A stretch of DNA of 64,000 nucleotides, from the NCBI GenBank assembly GCA_964016885.1, contig OZ024743.1, positions 163,246,001 through 163,310,000 of the forward strand, read 5' to 3'. The stretch comes from Eledone cirrhosa (Eukaryota). The notes under the pieces are model-generated. The model saw only the letters and a list, made by a program, of their open reading frames with translations, ran no database searches and was not told the origin of the DNA. Shown here one piece after another: positions 12,377-26,021 of this stretch (position 1 is its first letter; every line of letters starts with the position of its first letter). The translations under genes and the position numbers were made by a program.

Positions 12377-13750
12377 TACATATGCAGATGATCTAACGCT
12401 CATAGTTGAATCAATGGCTGAACTAGAAAAGAAATTCCAAACATGGAAGCATGGCCTAGAATCAAAAGGCCTTAAAGTTAACTTGTCTAAGACTAAAGTC
12501 CTAGTTTGTAGAAAGGAAAATAAGGCACAGGTACCCTCAGGGAAATGGCCTTGCTCAGTGTGTAGGAAAGGAGTAGGCAGAAATTCAATTTTATGTCCCA
12601 AATGCAAAGTATGGGTACATAAGAGATGTAGTGGGATCACAGGTAAACTATCTAAGAACGTAGACTTTATATGTGGCTGATGCTCAGGTGCAATAGGTAG
12701 CAAGTGTCCATAGGATACTAGCCCCTTCTATTGCCCAGATGGTTCTATAGAAATAGTAGACACTTTACGTTACCTGGGTGACGAAATCAGCAGTGGTGGA
12801 GGGTGTTCTGAAAGTACAGTAGCTAGAGTCAGAACGGGATGGAAAAAGTTCAGAGAGCTTATACCGTTGTTGGCCACAAAAGGTTTCTCTCTAAAAATGA
12901 AAGGCAGATTGTATGATGCTTATATACGAACAGCAATGCTACATGGCAGTGAGACATTGGCATTACGTGCAGAGGACCTGCGTAGACTGGAAAGGAACGA
13001 AGCATGCATGCTCTGTTGGATGTGTAATAGTAATATACGTGAACGGCAAAGCATAAATGAACTAAGTGAGAAATTAGGAATAAGAGGGATCAGATGCTGT
13101 TTACTTGAGAGAAGACTACGTTGGTATGGCCACGTGATGCGCATGAAAGACGACAGCTGTATAAAAAAGTGCAGGGCGATAAAAATTGATGGTAGTTACA
13201 GAGAAGGTAGACCCAGAAAAACCTGGGACGATCTGATAAATTCCGACCTTACACACTTACATCTCTCTAAGACAATGTCTCTGGACCGAGATCTTTGGCG
13301 TTACGCAGTAATACAGAAGACCCGCCTTGCCTATGTACAAAGCGAAACCTACAGTCAGTAGGCACCTCTTAACCAAATATACACCCCAATCCACTACTCC
13401 TACCCTATCCTCCCACTCCCACCAACACGACCCTCTCTCTATAAAGTTGGTACCACAACATCCAGTCCAAATAAATGAGATAAATGAGATCGTGTAGGTG
13501 TCACGAGAAAAAAACACACAGTCCACGCTGTAATGTGGCCGTGTAGGTAACACGGTAAAAAGTTCCCAGTTCCACACTGTAAATGTGGTTGGTGTTAGGA
13601 AGGGCATCCAGCCGTAGAAAACCTGCCAGATAGTCCTATATGAGCAAGACACGGTTACCCGACCAGCCTTGCCTCAAGTGGGACAACTCCCGTCTAACCC
13701 ATACTAGCGTGGGAAATGGACGTTAAACGAAGATGATGAGATGATGATGA
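12377..13750 (+). mobile_element. 5'-truncated RTE LINE with 3'UTR and (ATG)n tail
   Basis: YADDL, GLKVNLSKTK, Cys-rich insert, RLRWYGHV, GRPRKTW; gatgatga tail. Confidence 0.92.
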
Positions 13751-14207
13751 TATCAAAGCCTTTGCAATACCTTAGCAAAAGGAAGTAATATAATTGAATG
13801 TTAACTTGTAGCTTTCTTTAATGTTGCTAACTCTATAGCTTTTATGATGGTACAGGCCTGTTGTGTGTGTTTATAATAGTACAAATTTACTCTATATACC
13901 AATCGTGACATTGCTGAAGTACAGGAAGGGCGGCGTTTATACTTGTGCCTCTTGCTTAAGCTGTGAGTAATGGATCTGTGTATGTATTGTAGCTATCTAA
14001 AGAGCAATATGTATATGTTTACAATAATGAAAATATTCTATTTCTACCTAAAGATGCCTTAGGAAAGGGACATGTGTGCTCTGGGCTTCCTCTATCTTAG
14101 TGTGTAAGTGGGATGGATATTAAAACCAAAATCTACCCACCTGGATTGTGAAGGGGGTTTGAAGGTAAGATATGTTTTATATATTCTTGTGTGTGTATAT
14201 ATACATA

Positions 14208-15671
14208 TATCATCATCATCATCATCATCAACGTTTAACGTCCGTGTTCCACGCTTGCATGGGTTTGGACGGGGGTAGTCCCACTTGAGGCAAGAGTGAT
14301 TGTCTTGCTCGCATAGGACTGTCTGGCAGGTTTTCTACAGTTGGATGCCCTTCCTAACACCAACCACATTTACAGTGTGGGTCTGGGAGGTTTTTACCGT
14401 GTTGCCTACACGGCCACATTACAGCATGGACTGTGTGTTTTTTTGTCGTGACACCTACACGATCTCATTTGTTTCGGCCTGGATGGCGCGGCACCAACAT
14501 AACTTTACATAGAACGGGGTGGTGTGGATGGGGTGGGGGTGGTGGCGGGACGGGGTGTATTTTGTTAGAGATGCCTACTGGCAAGGCGGGTCTTCTCTGT
14601 TACTGAGTACCGCCAAAGGTCTCGGTCCAGTGACATTGTCTTGGAGAGGTGTAAGTGTGTGAGGTCGGAGTTTATCAGCTCATCCCATGTTTTTCTAGGT
14701 CTGCCTATTCCGTGGCTACCGTCTATCTTTATTGCCCTGCACTTTGTAATACAGCTATCGACTTTCATGCGCATCACGTGTCCATACCAACGCAGCCTTC
14801 TCTCGAGTAAACAACATCTGATCCCTCTTATCTCTAATTTTTTCCTTAGTTCGTTTATGCTTTGCCGTTCACGTATATTACTGTTACACATCCAGCGGAG
14901 CATGCAAGCTTCGTTCCTCTCTAGTCTGCGTATATCCTCTGCACACAATGCCCAGGTCTCACTACCATGCAACATTGCTGTTCGTATGCAGGCATCGTAC
15001 AACCTGCCTTTCATTTTTAGGGAGAACCCTTTAGCAGCTAATAGTGGTATAAGCTCTCTGAACTTTTTCCAACCAGTTCTGACTCTAGCTACAGTACTTT
15101 CAGAGCACCCTCCCCCACTGCTGATTTTATCGCCCAGGTAACGGAAGCTGTCCACTATTTCTATAGAACCCTCTGCGCAATTGAAAGAGCTAGTATTTTG
15201 TGGGCACTTGCTGCTACTTATTGCACCAGAACACCGGCCACATGTAAAGTCTATGTTCTTAGTTAGCTTACCTGTGATCCCACTACATCTTTTATGCACC
15301 CATACTTTGCATTTAGGACATAAGATGGAGTTTCTACCTACGCCTTTCCTACATACCGAGCACGACCATTTCCCAGAAGGGACCGCCGCCTTGTTTTCTT
15401 TCCTACAAACTAGAACTTTGGTCTTAGCCAGGTTAATTTTAAGTCCTTTTGACTCTAGGCCGTGCTTCCATGTTTGGAATTTCTTCTCTAGCTCGGCCAT
15501 TGATTCCGCTATGAGTGTCAGGTCGTCTGCGTATAGGAGTTCCCATGGGCAGCCTGTCTTGAACTCCTCTGTTATAGCCTGAAGGGCAATAATAAATAGT
15601 AGGGGGCTGAGAACAGAGCCCTGATGGACGCCAACTTTTACGCTAAACTCTTCACTATATTCGTTGTTAAT
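14208..15671 (-). mobile_element. 5'-truncated RTE LINE with a long open ORF and (ATG)n tail
   Basis: ORF 14565-15692 (GVHQGSVLSPLLF, LYADDL, GRPRKTW); near-identical to 62922-63850. Confidence 0.95.
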
Positions 15672-16199
15672 TCTATATATATATATACACATATATGTGT
15701 ATGTGTGTATATGTATATAAATTTATGTACACCCCATTACCACTGATTCTGGTTGTGGTTGTTATTGCTTTTTCAAGTATCATTTATTTGATTTCTAATT
15801 CTCTAAGGAATTTTTTAACTTTGGTAATTTTTTTTTTTTTTTTTTCTTTCTCTAAATATTAAAATATTTTCTTTGAAGCAAAATGTTTTCATGGACCTCT
15901 AAAATACTACCGTTTACCCCCAATTTGTCATTTTCTTTTGTGTGAACCCTCAAAATTTTTATATGAACCTTGGTTGAGAACCACTGTGTAATATGTAAAA
16001 CTATCATAATTTTCTGTACGTTTTTCCATTCTAGCATAACAATAGCAAAAACAACAGCAAGCATTTTAAGCGTCACTGTTTTGCTCTACCATCTGTGTCA
16101 TCCCTTACCACAAGCCTGACTTCCATTTCCTTCTCTGTCGTTTTTAGCCATATCTCTCTTGGTCTCCTTCAATGGAGCCTATGCTTGCTTCTGCAACTA

Positions 16200-16536
16200 A
16201 TTATTTTGGCAATGATTATCTGTGGATCTTCCAACAGGATGGAGTCACCTCTCATACAGCAAATGTCACATAAGGTTGGGGCAGAGACCATCATCCAAGG
16301 TTCTGGTCAAAAGAAATATGGTTTCCTTGTCTATCCTTGAAACGAAACCTGTTCAAAAGTCCATAAGACAGTTGATGATTTAAAGGCATCTTTACTGAGC
16401 ACTTGGAAAGAAATTCCCCAAGAAATGTTGCATGCTTTGGTGAAAGATATTCGACAGAGGTTTAGAGGCTGTTAATTGTTGCATGAGGAGGTCATTTTGA
16501 ATAAACATTATACATTATATATATACCCCACCCTGT
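16200..16536 (+). mobile_element. Tc1/mariner transposase remnant with right terminus
   Basis: Hand translation gives WIFQQDG..SHTA and ...LKASLLSTWKEIPQE...GGHFE*; ends CCACCCTG followed by TA. Confidence 0.7.
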
Positions 16537-17465
16537 ATATTTGAGCTTGTCAATCAGAGACTCATCATAATAACTTTACAAGGCTTTCTTGATTTCAAAA
16601 ATTTCTACTTTTATTCAATTAAGATTTACAAACTACTTTTATGGCCGACAGCAGAACAATTTTCATGACTAATATTTCCCTAAAACTTGGTCATTTTTCC
16701 TTCGCTCCTTCTATACTCTTATAGCAGCAGTATTAAGCTTGACCTGCCAACCTAATGGAAACATTAAAAAAATAAAATTAAATAGAACGAGCTTATCAGC
16801 TATATTGCAAATTAGCATTATAACTGGTGGAAATCACGCCCACATCCCCTCATTTCATTTTGAGCCCACTGTGCCTTTTCCCCAGGATATAATAGTCCTT
16901 TTGAGTCCATGAGTTTGAGACGCCTGCTCTACATGCTCAAACTGCTAGAAGTAGCAAGTAAATCTCTCTTGAATCAAACTATTGTCTTAAAAAATGAATG
17001 ACACATAATGTAGATTTGGCAATAGTATAGCTGGATAAAAAAAAGACAGTTTGGTCACAGCTGGAATGCTTTTGAGCATAGGTCTACACAATCAGAGCTG
17101 ATCTGGAATTAAAGAAACAACAGACATTGTTTATACAGCTTGCTTTGTACAAATTGTTGATGTTAAGCCCCAGGTCACCCCTGATCAAAAGCATTCCAGC
17201 CGTAACCATCTAGTCAGACTGTATATCTAGGACTACAGTATTTATTATATTCTCCGAATAAAAAAACAACAAAAACAAAACAAAACAAGAAAATACAATT
17301 AAAAATAAAGACAATGTTTCAGTTATAAAACACAAATAATATGATTTATCTTTATTTGTTGTTAACATTGTTTTCAAAAAGAGAAACAATGTATAGAACA
17401 TATTTTCCAAGAACTTATACTAATCCATCAAAAAAAAAATTAGAACTATTTTATTTCTTTTAGCA

Positions 17466-17562
17466 TCATTCCAAATCTTCAGCTAATTTCTTAGCTTTAA
17501 TTCTTTCAGCACGGAGCTTTAACCGCTTTTCTCGTTCATATTCTTTCATTCGAAGTACAAAG
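17466..17562 (-). CDS. NDUFB7: NDUFB7 exon 3 (DFVLRMKEYEREKRLKLRAERIKAKKLAEDLE*)
   Basis: tttcag acceptor, phase 2; RMKEYERE motif; TGA at 17466-17468; AATAAA just downstream. Confidence 0.93.
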
Positions 17563-18810
17563 CTGAAAGTAAAAACAAAAAAGTAGATGAATCACATTTC
17601 AAGGAATAAATACTAAATAAAAAAAAAAATTAAATGACACACCTATACAGGTTTAGCTGGCTTCCTACAAGGTTATATCACATAAGTTAATTGTGTTTTA
17701 ATGATAGGGGCTCCAGTCATATCATGATGTTGTTATAACTCATACCTATGCATATTTAGCTACATGGGTACATCTCATAGGATTGGGGGGGGGGGTGCCC
17801 CAGTCTTATCATATTGCTATTACAGCTCCCACCTATGCAGGTATAGCTGGCCTCCACTGAGGCTGCATCTTATTGGAGATTTGTTATCATGAAAAGCAAC
17901 ATGAGTCAAATTGTCTTACTCAAGAACAACACATCACCTGGCCCAGGAATTAAACCCATGATCTTATGATCCTTAGTTCAACATTCCAACCAGTAAGCCA
18001 CATGTCTTCATTATATAAGTTGATTGATAATTTATTAGCTCAATAAGAGAAAGGAAAAAAAACAAACCAAATTAGTTTCTTCTTATAACAGGCTAATGAT
18101 TTTGAAAAATTATTTCTATCAAAATTCCATGGACACAATCATGGCTATATAGTTGAGGAGTTCACTTTACAACCACATAGTTCTGAGTTTGATCCCACAG
18201 TGAAACACTGGTATTTTCTAACATAATCTTAAGTTGTCCAAGGATGCAGTGGTGTTGTTTTTTTCAATTTCTGAAAATGTCTTAGTCAGAGGTGAAACAG
18301 CTGTGACATCTGTCTGTGTGATGGGTAGGAGATAAATGAGCTCAAAACCATATGGCTCATGAGTTGCTGCAGGAAAAAAGAACATATCAAGATACTGAGT
18401 TCTCCTCAGATCAGAGGCCTGTTTCAAATACTTGCTACAGAGTGGAATCTACTAAAGTTACCTAAGGGCCAGGTGGTGGTGTTAAGACGTTTGATGCCAA
18501 ACTTCCTGAAATTACCCCTGGTTCTATCAACACAAAATTTTATTTCAAAGTGTTTATATTTATCTAAAAATCTTCCATCATAATTTTATGTAAGAACCTT
18601 TGTTATGTTCCAAACATCAGCTTAATGATTGGTAAGTTAGTTATATTACTAAATCCATCGAAATACTTAATTCATTTTCAAAAGTTATTTGAAAATCATA
18701 GAGCTTTTTACTAGAAATATGGTAATAAAAGGGTTAAACTGAATAGTATGTTCTACCTAAACACCCACCAGTATAACATGAACAGTAAATAATAAATTTT
18801 CAACACTTAC

Positions 18811-18979
18811 TCATCATATTCACACTGTTCATATCCATGTTTCTCATGATGGCACTTTTGGCATAGTGGGTAGTTTTGTTGACGACATTTCAACCACTTT
18901 ATATATAGATGAGCACAATAATCCCTTTTATCAAGAGGGATGCTGAGGTCATTCAACTCCTGCTGTGTTGCAATCATTA
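18811..18979 (-). CDS. NDUFB7: NDUFB7 exon 2 (VMIATQQELNDLSIPLDKRDYCAHLYIKWLKC...CHHEKHGYEQCEYD)
   Basis: RDYCAH motif and twin CX9C; ttctag acceptor and gtaagt donor; phases 1 and 2 match the neighbouring exons. Confidence 0.95.
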
Positions 18980-19099
18980 CTAGAAAACAATTAATGAAAC
19001 ATCAAAAATACATTTCTTGTGGTATAATTTTGAGATTTTTTTGTTTGTCCTTAGATATATTTTTAATTGAATAAATTAAACTATAGCATATAGAAATGC

Positions 19100-19500
19100 A
19101 GGCATGGTTGTGTGGTTAAGAAGTTCAATTTACAACCACTTGATTTCGGGTTCAAACCCACACACTCAGTAGTACTTTGGGCAAGTGTCTTCTATTATAG
19201 CCTAGGGCCAACCATTACTTTGTGAGTGAATTTGGCAAATGGAAACTGTAAGGTACCCATCATATATACTTGGTGACAAGAAGAGCATCCGGCCATAGAA
19301 AATCTGCCAAATACAGGGTCAATAACGTTTCAGCTATGCTAAAGACAAGACAACTTCCCCAGTATTGGTGTCACAATATAATGCACAGAGTAGAGTGCGG
19401 GATCATATGTTGGGCCCCCAACTCATCTGCTCAAGGCTCCACTTGAGTAGCTGTCTGTGACAACCTGTCCAACCCTTGCGAGCAGGGAAAGTGGACATTG
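19100..19500 (+). mobile_element. Degenerate tRNA-derived SINE in NDUFB7 intron 1
   Basis: gcatggttgtgtggttaagaag head, ggttcaaacc B box, ttgggcaagtgtcttc core. Confidence 0.6.
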
Positions 19501-20184
19501 GTTTACTTGAAACTATGGTAGAAGACACTTGTCCAATATGCCATAGTGTGAGCAAACTTCTTAATCAATCAGCTTTGCCTCCTTAACTTTGTTGTTGGAC
19601 CTGTCAGTTCCAATGACAAGTGTTTCAGTTGTTTGATCAATAGGGTGGCCTGCTCATGAAACTAATGTGCAGATAGCTGAATATTACACAAACGTAATTC
19701 TGAGAGTCAGCTTGACATAGTGGATAACATCTATCAGCTCGGCTGGCCCCACTTTAGGACTGTCCTCACGACCCTCCCACGACTTAGTTAGAAATATGAA
19801 GTGTGCTACAGGCATTTACCTGGTGCATTCAATGTAGGATTCTGTAATAGTATCAAGGTAAATATTTGTCTGCAAATTAAACATATATTCCACCACCAAC
19901 CCACCCCTCACACACGCAAAGGCAGAAATAGAAGAGCACCAAACTAAATGACTTGTAGTATTGTTTTGTCTCCAGTCGAATTTCAAATCCTGCTAGAATA
20001 ATAAGCCTTTCATTTCTTTGTGGCCAATGAAATAATTACCAGTACTGTAGAGGACTCGATATCCACAGGCAAACGAGGCAACTCCTACGTCAGGGATCTC
20101 CCTAGACCATTGACTCTTTTATGGTAGTCTTGTCTCTACCGTCAACTCCAGGTATGTACTAAAATAAATAAGTAAATAAATAAA

Positions 20185-21201
20185 TCTATATATATAAAGT
20201 GGTAGTTCCTGTCTGTTTGTTTGTTTGTTTACAAACTCCTCCTATGGTTTTGGAGATAGGCCCCCTTAACCACATATATTCTGAAACTACATTGCCCAGG
20301 GTACTTGGATAAGTATATTTCATTTTAATCAAAGCATTCCCCGGGGGGCACAAACCCCTGCTGAAAATTTTTCCCTTCGATTTATATGAAATTTAAACCA
20401 TAGGTAAATGACAAGATGCCTATTCACAAAATTTCAGCAAATTTCAATAATATTAAGACACCCTAATGGGGGTCAAACCCCGTATAGTGAAAATTTTGGT
20501 CAATAAATGGAACAAGATTGCATGAGAACTTGATTGAAGCAACCATTATATTCGGGGCTTACAAAGGTCAAGCTCTTCTCATTCCGAGGATTCCACTATA
20601 CCAAGTGATAGCAACTTGCCTTTCACATTTAAGAGGCTGCAGTTCCCAGTGAGGCCATGCTTTGCAATGAGCAGCAATAAGAGTCAAGGTCAAACTTTCA
20701 AAACTATTGGTATAGATCTGACAAACCTAAGTTTCAGTCACAGCATGTTTTATGTGGCTGTTTCAAGGACTGGAACTTCAAAAAATCTCTACATTTTAGC
20801 CAATCAAAGAAAGACAAGAAATGTTGTTTACCCTGAAGTTCTTCATTAGGACAAAGTATGAAATATATTTTCATGTATTTATTATGTTAAAAAATGAATA
20901 ATTAAACTTTGAATTTCTAATTTGAAAATAATTCTTTACACAAAAATGAAATGATCAAGTTTTGAATTGATATTTTGAAAAAAATTATTTACAAGAAACA
21001 AAATAAGATTTAATAATGTAATTTTGATCTAATATATTACAAAAATTAATGTTTTCCAATTTTTCATGCATTACATTTTACATTGAGTAATATTGAAATG
21101 CAGGGTTTTCTCCATAAATTATATCGCTGATTTAAAATCAATCATCATTTTCTTACAAAAAGAATGTGTGAAATGCAGCAAGGCGCGAGTAATTCGGCTA
21201 G
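20185..21201 (+). mobile_element. Non-autonomous Helitron in NDUFB7 intron 1
   Basis: A|TCTATATATATAAAG 5' end; PIF1 C-terminal remnant (RLQFPVRPCFAMSSNKSQGQT); CTAG|T 3' end. Confidence 0.85.
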
Positions 21202-21246
21202 TAAACAATATAAAATGAATAGAAAATAGACTAATTATATATATAT

Positions 21247-21358
21247 ATGAACTCTGAAGGTTGATCGACATTTGTATCAGAATTGAAAATACATAATGTA
21301 ATACTTATATACAGGTTTCTGATTTAGATACAAATGTCGATCAACCTTCAGAGTTCAT
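21247..21358. repeat. Perfect 32-bp inverted repeat with 48-nt spacer
   Basis: atgaactctgaaggttgatcgacatttgtatc (21247-21278) and its reverse complement (21327-21358). Confidence 0.95.
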
Positions 21359-22150
21359 TATCGACCACATTGGTAGTCTTTGCTGTACATGGTCCCTGGA
21401 CCTACTATAAATAACTACCGAAGGTCCTTCAAATTGTACTCTATAGTCTTGAAAAAGAGAGCCACGTAGGATAATATAGTCATATAGGTGCAATGGTTAG
21501 GAGAGAAGGACCGGGTTGCTTGCAACTGGAAGATTTTGATCATAGGTACTCAAATAACGGGGGGGGGGGGATAGAATAAGTAGGGTGGGGGTCGGTAATT
21601 TTTCTAGGTTGTCTCCCTTGATTAAAAAAAACCCAGAATTAGTCGTTTAGTTTTCATAGAGACCACAACCTATCCTGTTTATTTTATAACGTATGGGATT
21701 TCTAGTAAAGTTCTTTTTTGTCGTGTATGTTTTTTAATGTCTAAAGAAAATATTACAGGAATGCTACTACTTAAAATAAAATTTCGCCGGAGATAGATGA
21801 ACACAATTTAATAACCGGGAGTGGGGAGGAATAAGAGCAGTGGACTGGAAAAAAATCTGAAAAATTAATAAGCGGGGCGAAGGGGAGGCGGGCATTATTC
21901 GAGACCTGGGAGTATGTGTGCTGGATAGGGGATAAACAAATAATTATACCTATAATAATAAATAAAGTAGCAGTCGTGAAAAATAATTAGATCGTTAAAA
22001 GAAATACCGTCCGTCTATCTATCCAGCTGTATTTACACACACACATACATATAAACTAAACAATAGATGAAGAATTGGTGTATGACAGATCTAGAGAGAG
22101 AAGGTCATTGGATGCGGTGGTCTTAAATAAGAAAAATAATGAGTACTTAC

Positions 22151-22271
22151 CTCGTTCTTTTCGTCCATTGGGAAATCCTAAATTTGGATCGAAAGTTGGA
22201 GGGTTCTTATAGTCTGGAGTGAGTTCTGGATACATAAAGTCATAGACAACATGACCAACAGCATTTCCCAT
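22151..22271 (-). CDS. NDUFB7: NDUFB7 exon 1 (MGNAVGHVVYDFMYPELTPDYKNPPTFDPNLGFPNGRKER), complex I B18 subunit; spliced protein 128 aa
   Basis: aagATGG start context; MG N-terminus; PTFDPxxGFPxxRKER motif; gtaagt donor. Confidence 0.95.
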
Positions 22272-22479
22272 CTTGGCAGAGCCGAGGTCACAATTACAAC
22301 ATGAACACAAGAACTAGAGAGTTACACAACTAAAGGGAAACAAGTCAATTTAGTAAGGGGGAGATCATTACGAAGTGTTTACTTTGTATAATTTCATTTC
22401 GATGGAAAAGTTATTGCCCTTGATTTATTATAAAACTACGTTGAATGGTTTATTAAAAATACAGTTTATAAAATCGACT

Positions 22480-24250
22480 CCTTCTATCTGCCAAAGGGGT
22501 CCAACAGGTTGACCCGTTCAGACCTGCACTTTTCGCTCTGGGTATTTTTGACGTCACCAAGTTGCGAATTGACCTGGATCTGAATATCTGGTATCTGGAT
22601 GATGCTTGCTTGGGGTGGAGGGTGGTGGGTCCTTGCAACTGCAAAGACGATGATTGAGGGGCTGGGTCGTAGAGACCTTCACGTGAACAGTTCCAAATGT
22701 AAGCTCTGCTCCTCAACCACTCAGCTGTTGACCTGTTCACAGAGTCCTTCCCTTCCAACGCGGTTTCTTCCCCATCGGCGTGGTGCTCCCTTGGGACCCC
22801 AATTACTGACCAAGCCTTCACCTTCCATTTTTAATTTAAGTTGGCTAACCTCAAGCAACTTTTAAAAAGCCTCGAAGTCATTGAACCCCACCAAGGGTTT
22901 TTCATTCTCTGGAATTATCTGTCAATCCCCAAGTTGTATTTCCTTAGAATTAGTCCCTCTTACAAATTCTCGTCGTCTCTCCAACGCTTGGACGACCTAA
23001 TATTCAGTGAGCTCGATGGTTTGGTCAATGTCCGACTCTCTCCAGAGTCCCGCGACCAAGCTGCCCTTACCTAAATGGTTTGGAGGTCTCAATTTGCGTA
23101 AGTGTATTTCTTTGTCCTTACCCTGCTTTTTTTCCTACATTCACGCCTGCTTCCCTTTGGTAGGTGACAACCTCTCCTTCCCAACTTGGACTAGTTCCAC
23201 CAGGGAGTTGGATGAAGCTTTACTACAGTGGAGAGAGCTGGCTTTGTCAGTCCCAGATACTGATGAAGATAGACGGAAGCAGAGAGTATGGGACAATCAA
23301 CGTTCGAGAGAAACTTTTAACTCTCTCTTTGATCTTTCCGCTTAATTTTCTAGGCGCTGCTTACTTTCTGCTAGCGAAAAGTTCTCGGGGGACTGGATTG
23401 ATGCCAACATTGGTAGCCTTCTCAGTCAGGACGAACTCCGTATCTCCATTGCACTTCGTGTGGGAGCCGACGTCTGTGGGGTCTGAGATACTGCTGTGGT
23501 AGATCCCTCGACTCCACAGGTTTACATGGTTTGTCCTGCCGCCTGAATGCTGGTCGTTTTGCCCGTCACACCGAGCTAAACCTGATCATCAAATGGGCCC
23601 TGGATCGGGTTAATATTCCCACAATTCTGGAGCTGGCTGTTTTCTCCAGAAGTGATGGGAAGCGACCAGATGGTCTTTCCCTTTGTCCCTGGGTGAGAGG
23701 TAGATGTCTCATCTGGGACGGCACAGTCAGTGACTCTTTTGCCCCCTCCCACATCATAGACGCCGCGATGAATGCGGGAATCACTGCTTCCGCTGCCGAA
23801 CGAAATAAAATTCGAAAATACCAGGATGTATCAAATAATAATTTTTTCCAGCCTGTGGCGTTCGAGACGTTTGGTGGAGTTGGGCCACTGACAGCGAAGT
23901 TCTTGTCTTCACTGGCAGCTCGCCTTACTGAGGTGCCAGGTGATGCCCGTGAGGGTGTCTGATTATTTCAGTGCCTTAGCCTCGATATCACCCATGGTAA
24001 TGCTGCGAGCTTGCCTGAAAGTGTGCAGTTAACCCCTAAGGTGTGAGGTGCGGCCTATTATCACACTTGGTGGTGAATTTCCCCTCCTTTTATTTTCTTT
24101 ATCATTTTTGTTCAATGAATTTATATTATTGTGTTATTATACACAAATTTAGACATTATATTTGTAATATCCTTCTGAACGAATTGCGAGCAACTTATAA
24201 TGTTATGAAAAATAAAAAAATAAATGAAAAGAAAAAGAAAGGAAAAAAAA
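22480..24250 (+). mobile_element. 5'-truncated CRE-like RLE retrotransposon with A-rich tail
   Basis: GVQQ..P, WYLDD RT; C-C...H..C knuckle; RH, KRPDG, WD and E..K..KY restriction-like endonuclease motifs; stops present. Confidence 0.85.
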
Positions 24251-24593
24251 AGCTGGATGAGCACTATTTCCTTGGCTTAATGATGTATTTCAGTTGTGCT
24301 CTGTGGACAAGATGATTAAAACATTGCTGTAGAGAACAGGCAGTGATACCCGCTGCATCAGCTATTTCACCCCACGAGGCTCCTTCCTCAGGTGTTTTAC
24401 CACCCTGACCGAGGATACCGGTAAACTTAACGGCGACTAACACACGAAAACGGTAACTGAAGTCAGTGGCTGATATTTATTTTTGTTTGTGACAGTAAAA
24501 CGTCAGAAGCCCTCTGGCAGAGCTTCACAATTTTTTTTCTTCTTTTTTACTAACGGCGCACTTTAGAACAAGTAAAACTATTTTGACGCAACA

Positions 24594-25960
24594 TCGCGGT
24601 CCCTCCCCGTCGACTTGGTGCTCCTTAGGAGCCCCAATCACAGACCTGGCCTTCAAGTCAATCTTCCAATCGAAGATGGTTGGCCTTGAGCAGCTGCTGA
24701 AGAATATTGACGTTATCGAATCCCATCAAGGTTTCTTCATACTCAGGAACTACCTGTCTATTCCTAAGCTTCTGTATCTGCTCAGGGTCAGCCCCTCTCA
24801 CAGATTTCCGTCCTGCCTCCAACGCTTCGACGACTTAATCTTCGAGAGACTCGAGTGCCTGGTCAATGTTAGACTCTCTTCAGAGTCCCGCGATCAGGCT
24901 GCGTTGCCCTAGCGATTTGGGGGTCTTGATCTTCGTAAGTGTTCGTCCCTCTCTCTCCCCTGCTTCCTTTCTTCCACCCACGCTTGCTCCACCCTGGTGA
25001 GCAGCATCCTCTCTTCTCCAGCATGGACTAGTGAGTTGGGTGAAGCTCTCCAGCAATGGAGTGAGTTAGGCTTGTCTCTTCCTGAGAAGGTGGAGGACAG
25101 TCGAAGTCAGAGTACTTGTGACAGCATAAGTTCGAAGGCCACCTTCGACTCCCTCTTCGTCCAGTCAGATCAGTTTGCAAGGTGCCGCTTACTATCTGCC
25201 AGCGCCAAATACTCAGGCGACTGGGTTGATGCCCTACCCGTGGCCAACGTTGGTGGCCTACTCAGCCTGGACTAACTTCGTGTCTCCATCGCCCTCAGAG
25301 TGGGAGCTGACGTTTGCATGGGTTTGAGGTGCCGATGCGGCAAACTCCTCGACTCCACAGGCCTCCACGTTCTTTCTTGCCGCCTGAATGCCGGTCGCTT
25401 CGCGCATCACACAGAGCTAAACCTCATTCTCATGAGAGCTTTGGCCCAAGCGAACATCCCCTTCATCTTAGAACCATCTGGGTTGTCCAGAAGTGACGGC
25501 AAAAGACCTGACGGCCTTACCCTGTGCCCATGGTCGAGAGGCAGGTGCCTTGTCTGGGACGTCACTGTTAGTGATTCTTTTGCTCTTTCCCACATCCTGG
25601 ATGCTGCGGTTAGGACGAGAGTCACAGCTTCCGCAGCTAGCGGAGTAAAACCCTCAAATACTGTGATCTGTCGGCCAGCTACATTTTTCAGCCTGTGGCT
25701 TTCGAGACGTTTGGGGGAGTCGGGCCGCTGACTGCGAGGTTCCTCTCTTCACTGGCAGCCTAATAGAGGTAACTGGCGAATTTCGCGAGGGCGCTTGGTT
25801 GTTCCAGCGCAATAGCCTCGCCATCACCGGAGGCAACGCTGCGAGTGTACTGGCTTGCCTCAAAAATCATTAGAGAGGTTGCCCGGTACTCCTCGCGACG
25901 TTGCTGTCTTTTGCTCTGGTGTTGGCTCGGTTGTTCACCCCTTCCTTTACATTTTCTTTA
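24594..25960 (+). mobile_element. Second 5'-truncated CRE-like RLE retrotransposon
   Basis: Paralogous to 22760-24010; CRCG..H..SC, SDGKRPDGLTLCPW, VWDVT. Confidence 0.85.
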
Positions 25961-26021
25961 ATATAGAAGAAAATTGTGTCGTAATTTTCGGATGTTAACT
26001 TTTTAACTAATATTATTACTG

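Noticed and set aside
24355-24400. Minus-strand CTGAGGA...GAAA hammerhead-like core
   Set aside because: No stem I partner and no valid NUH cleavage site.
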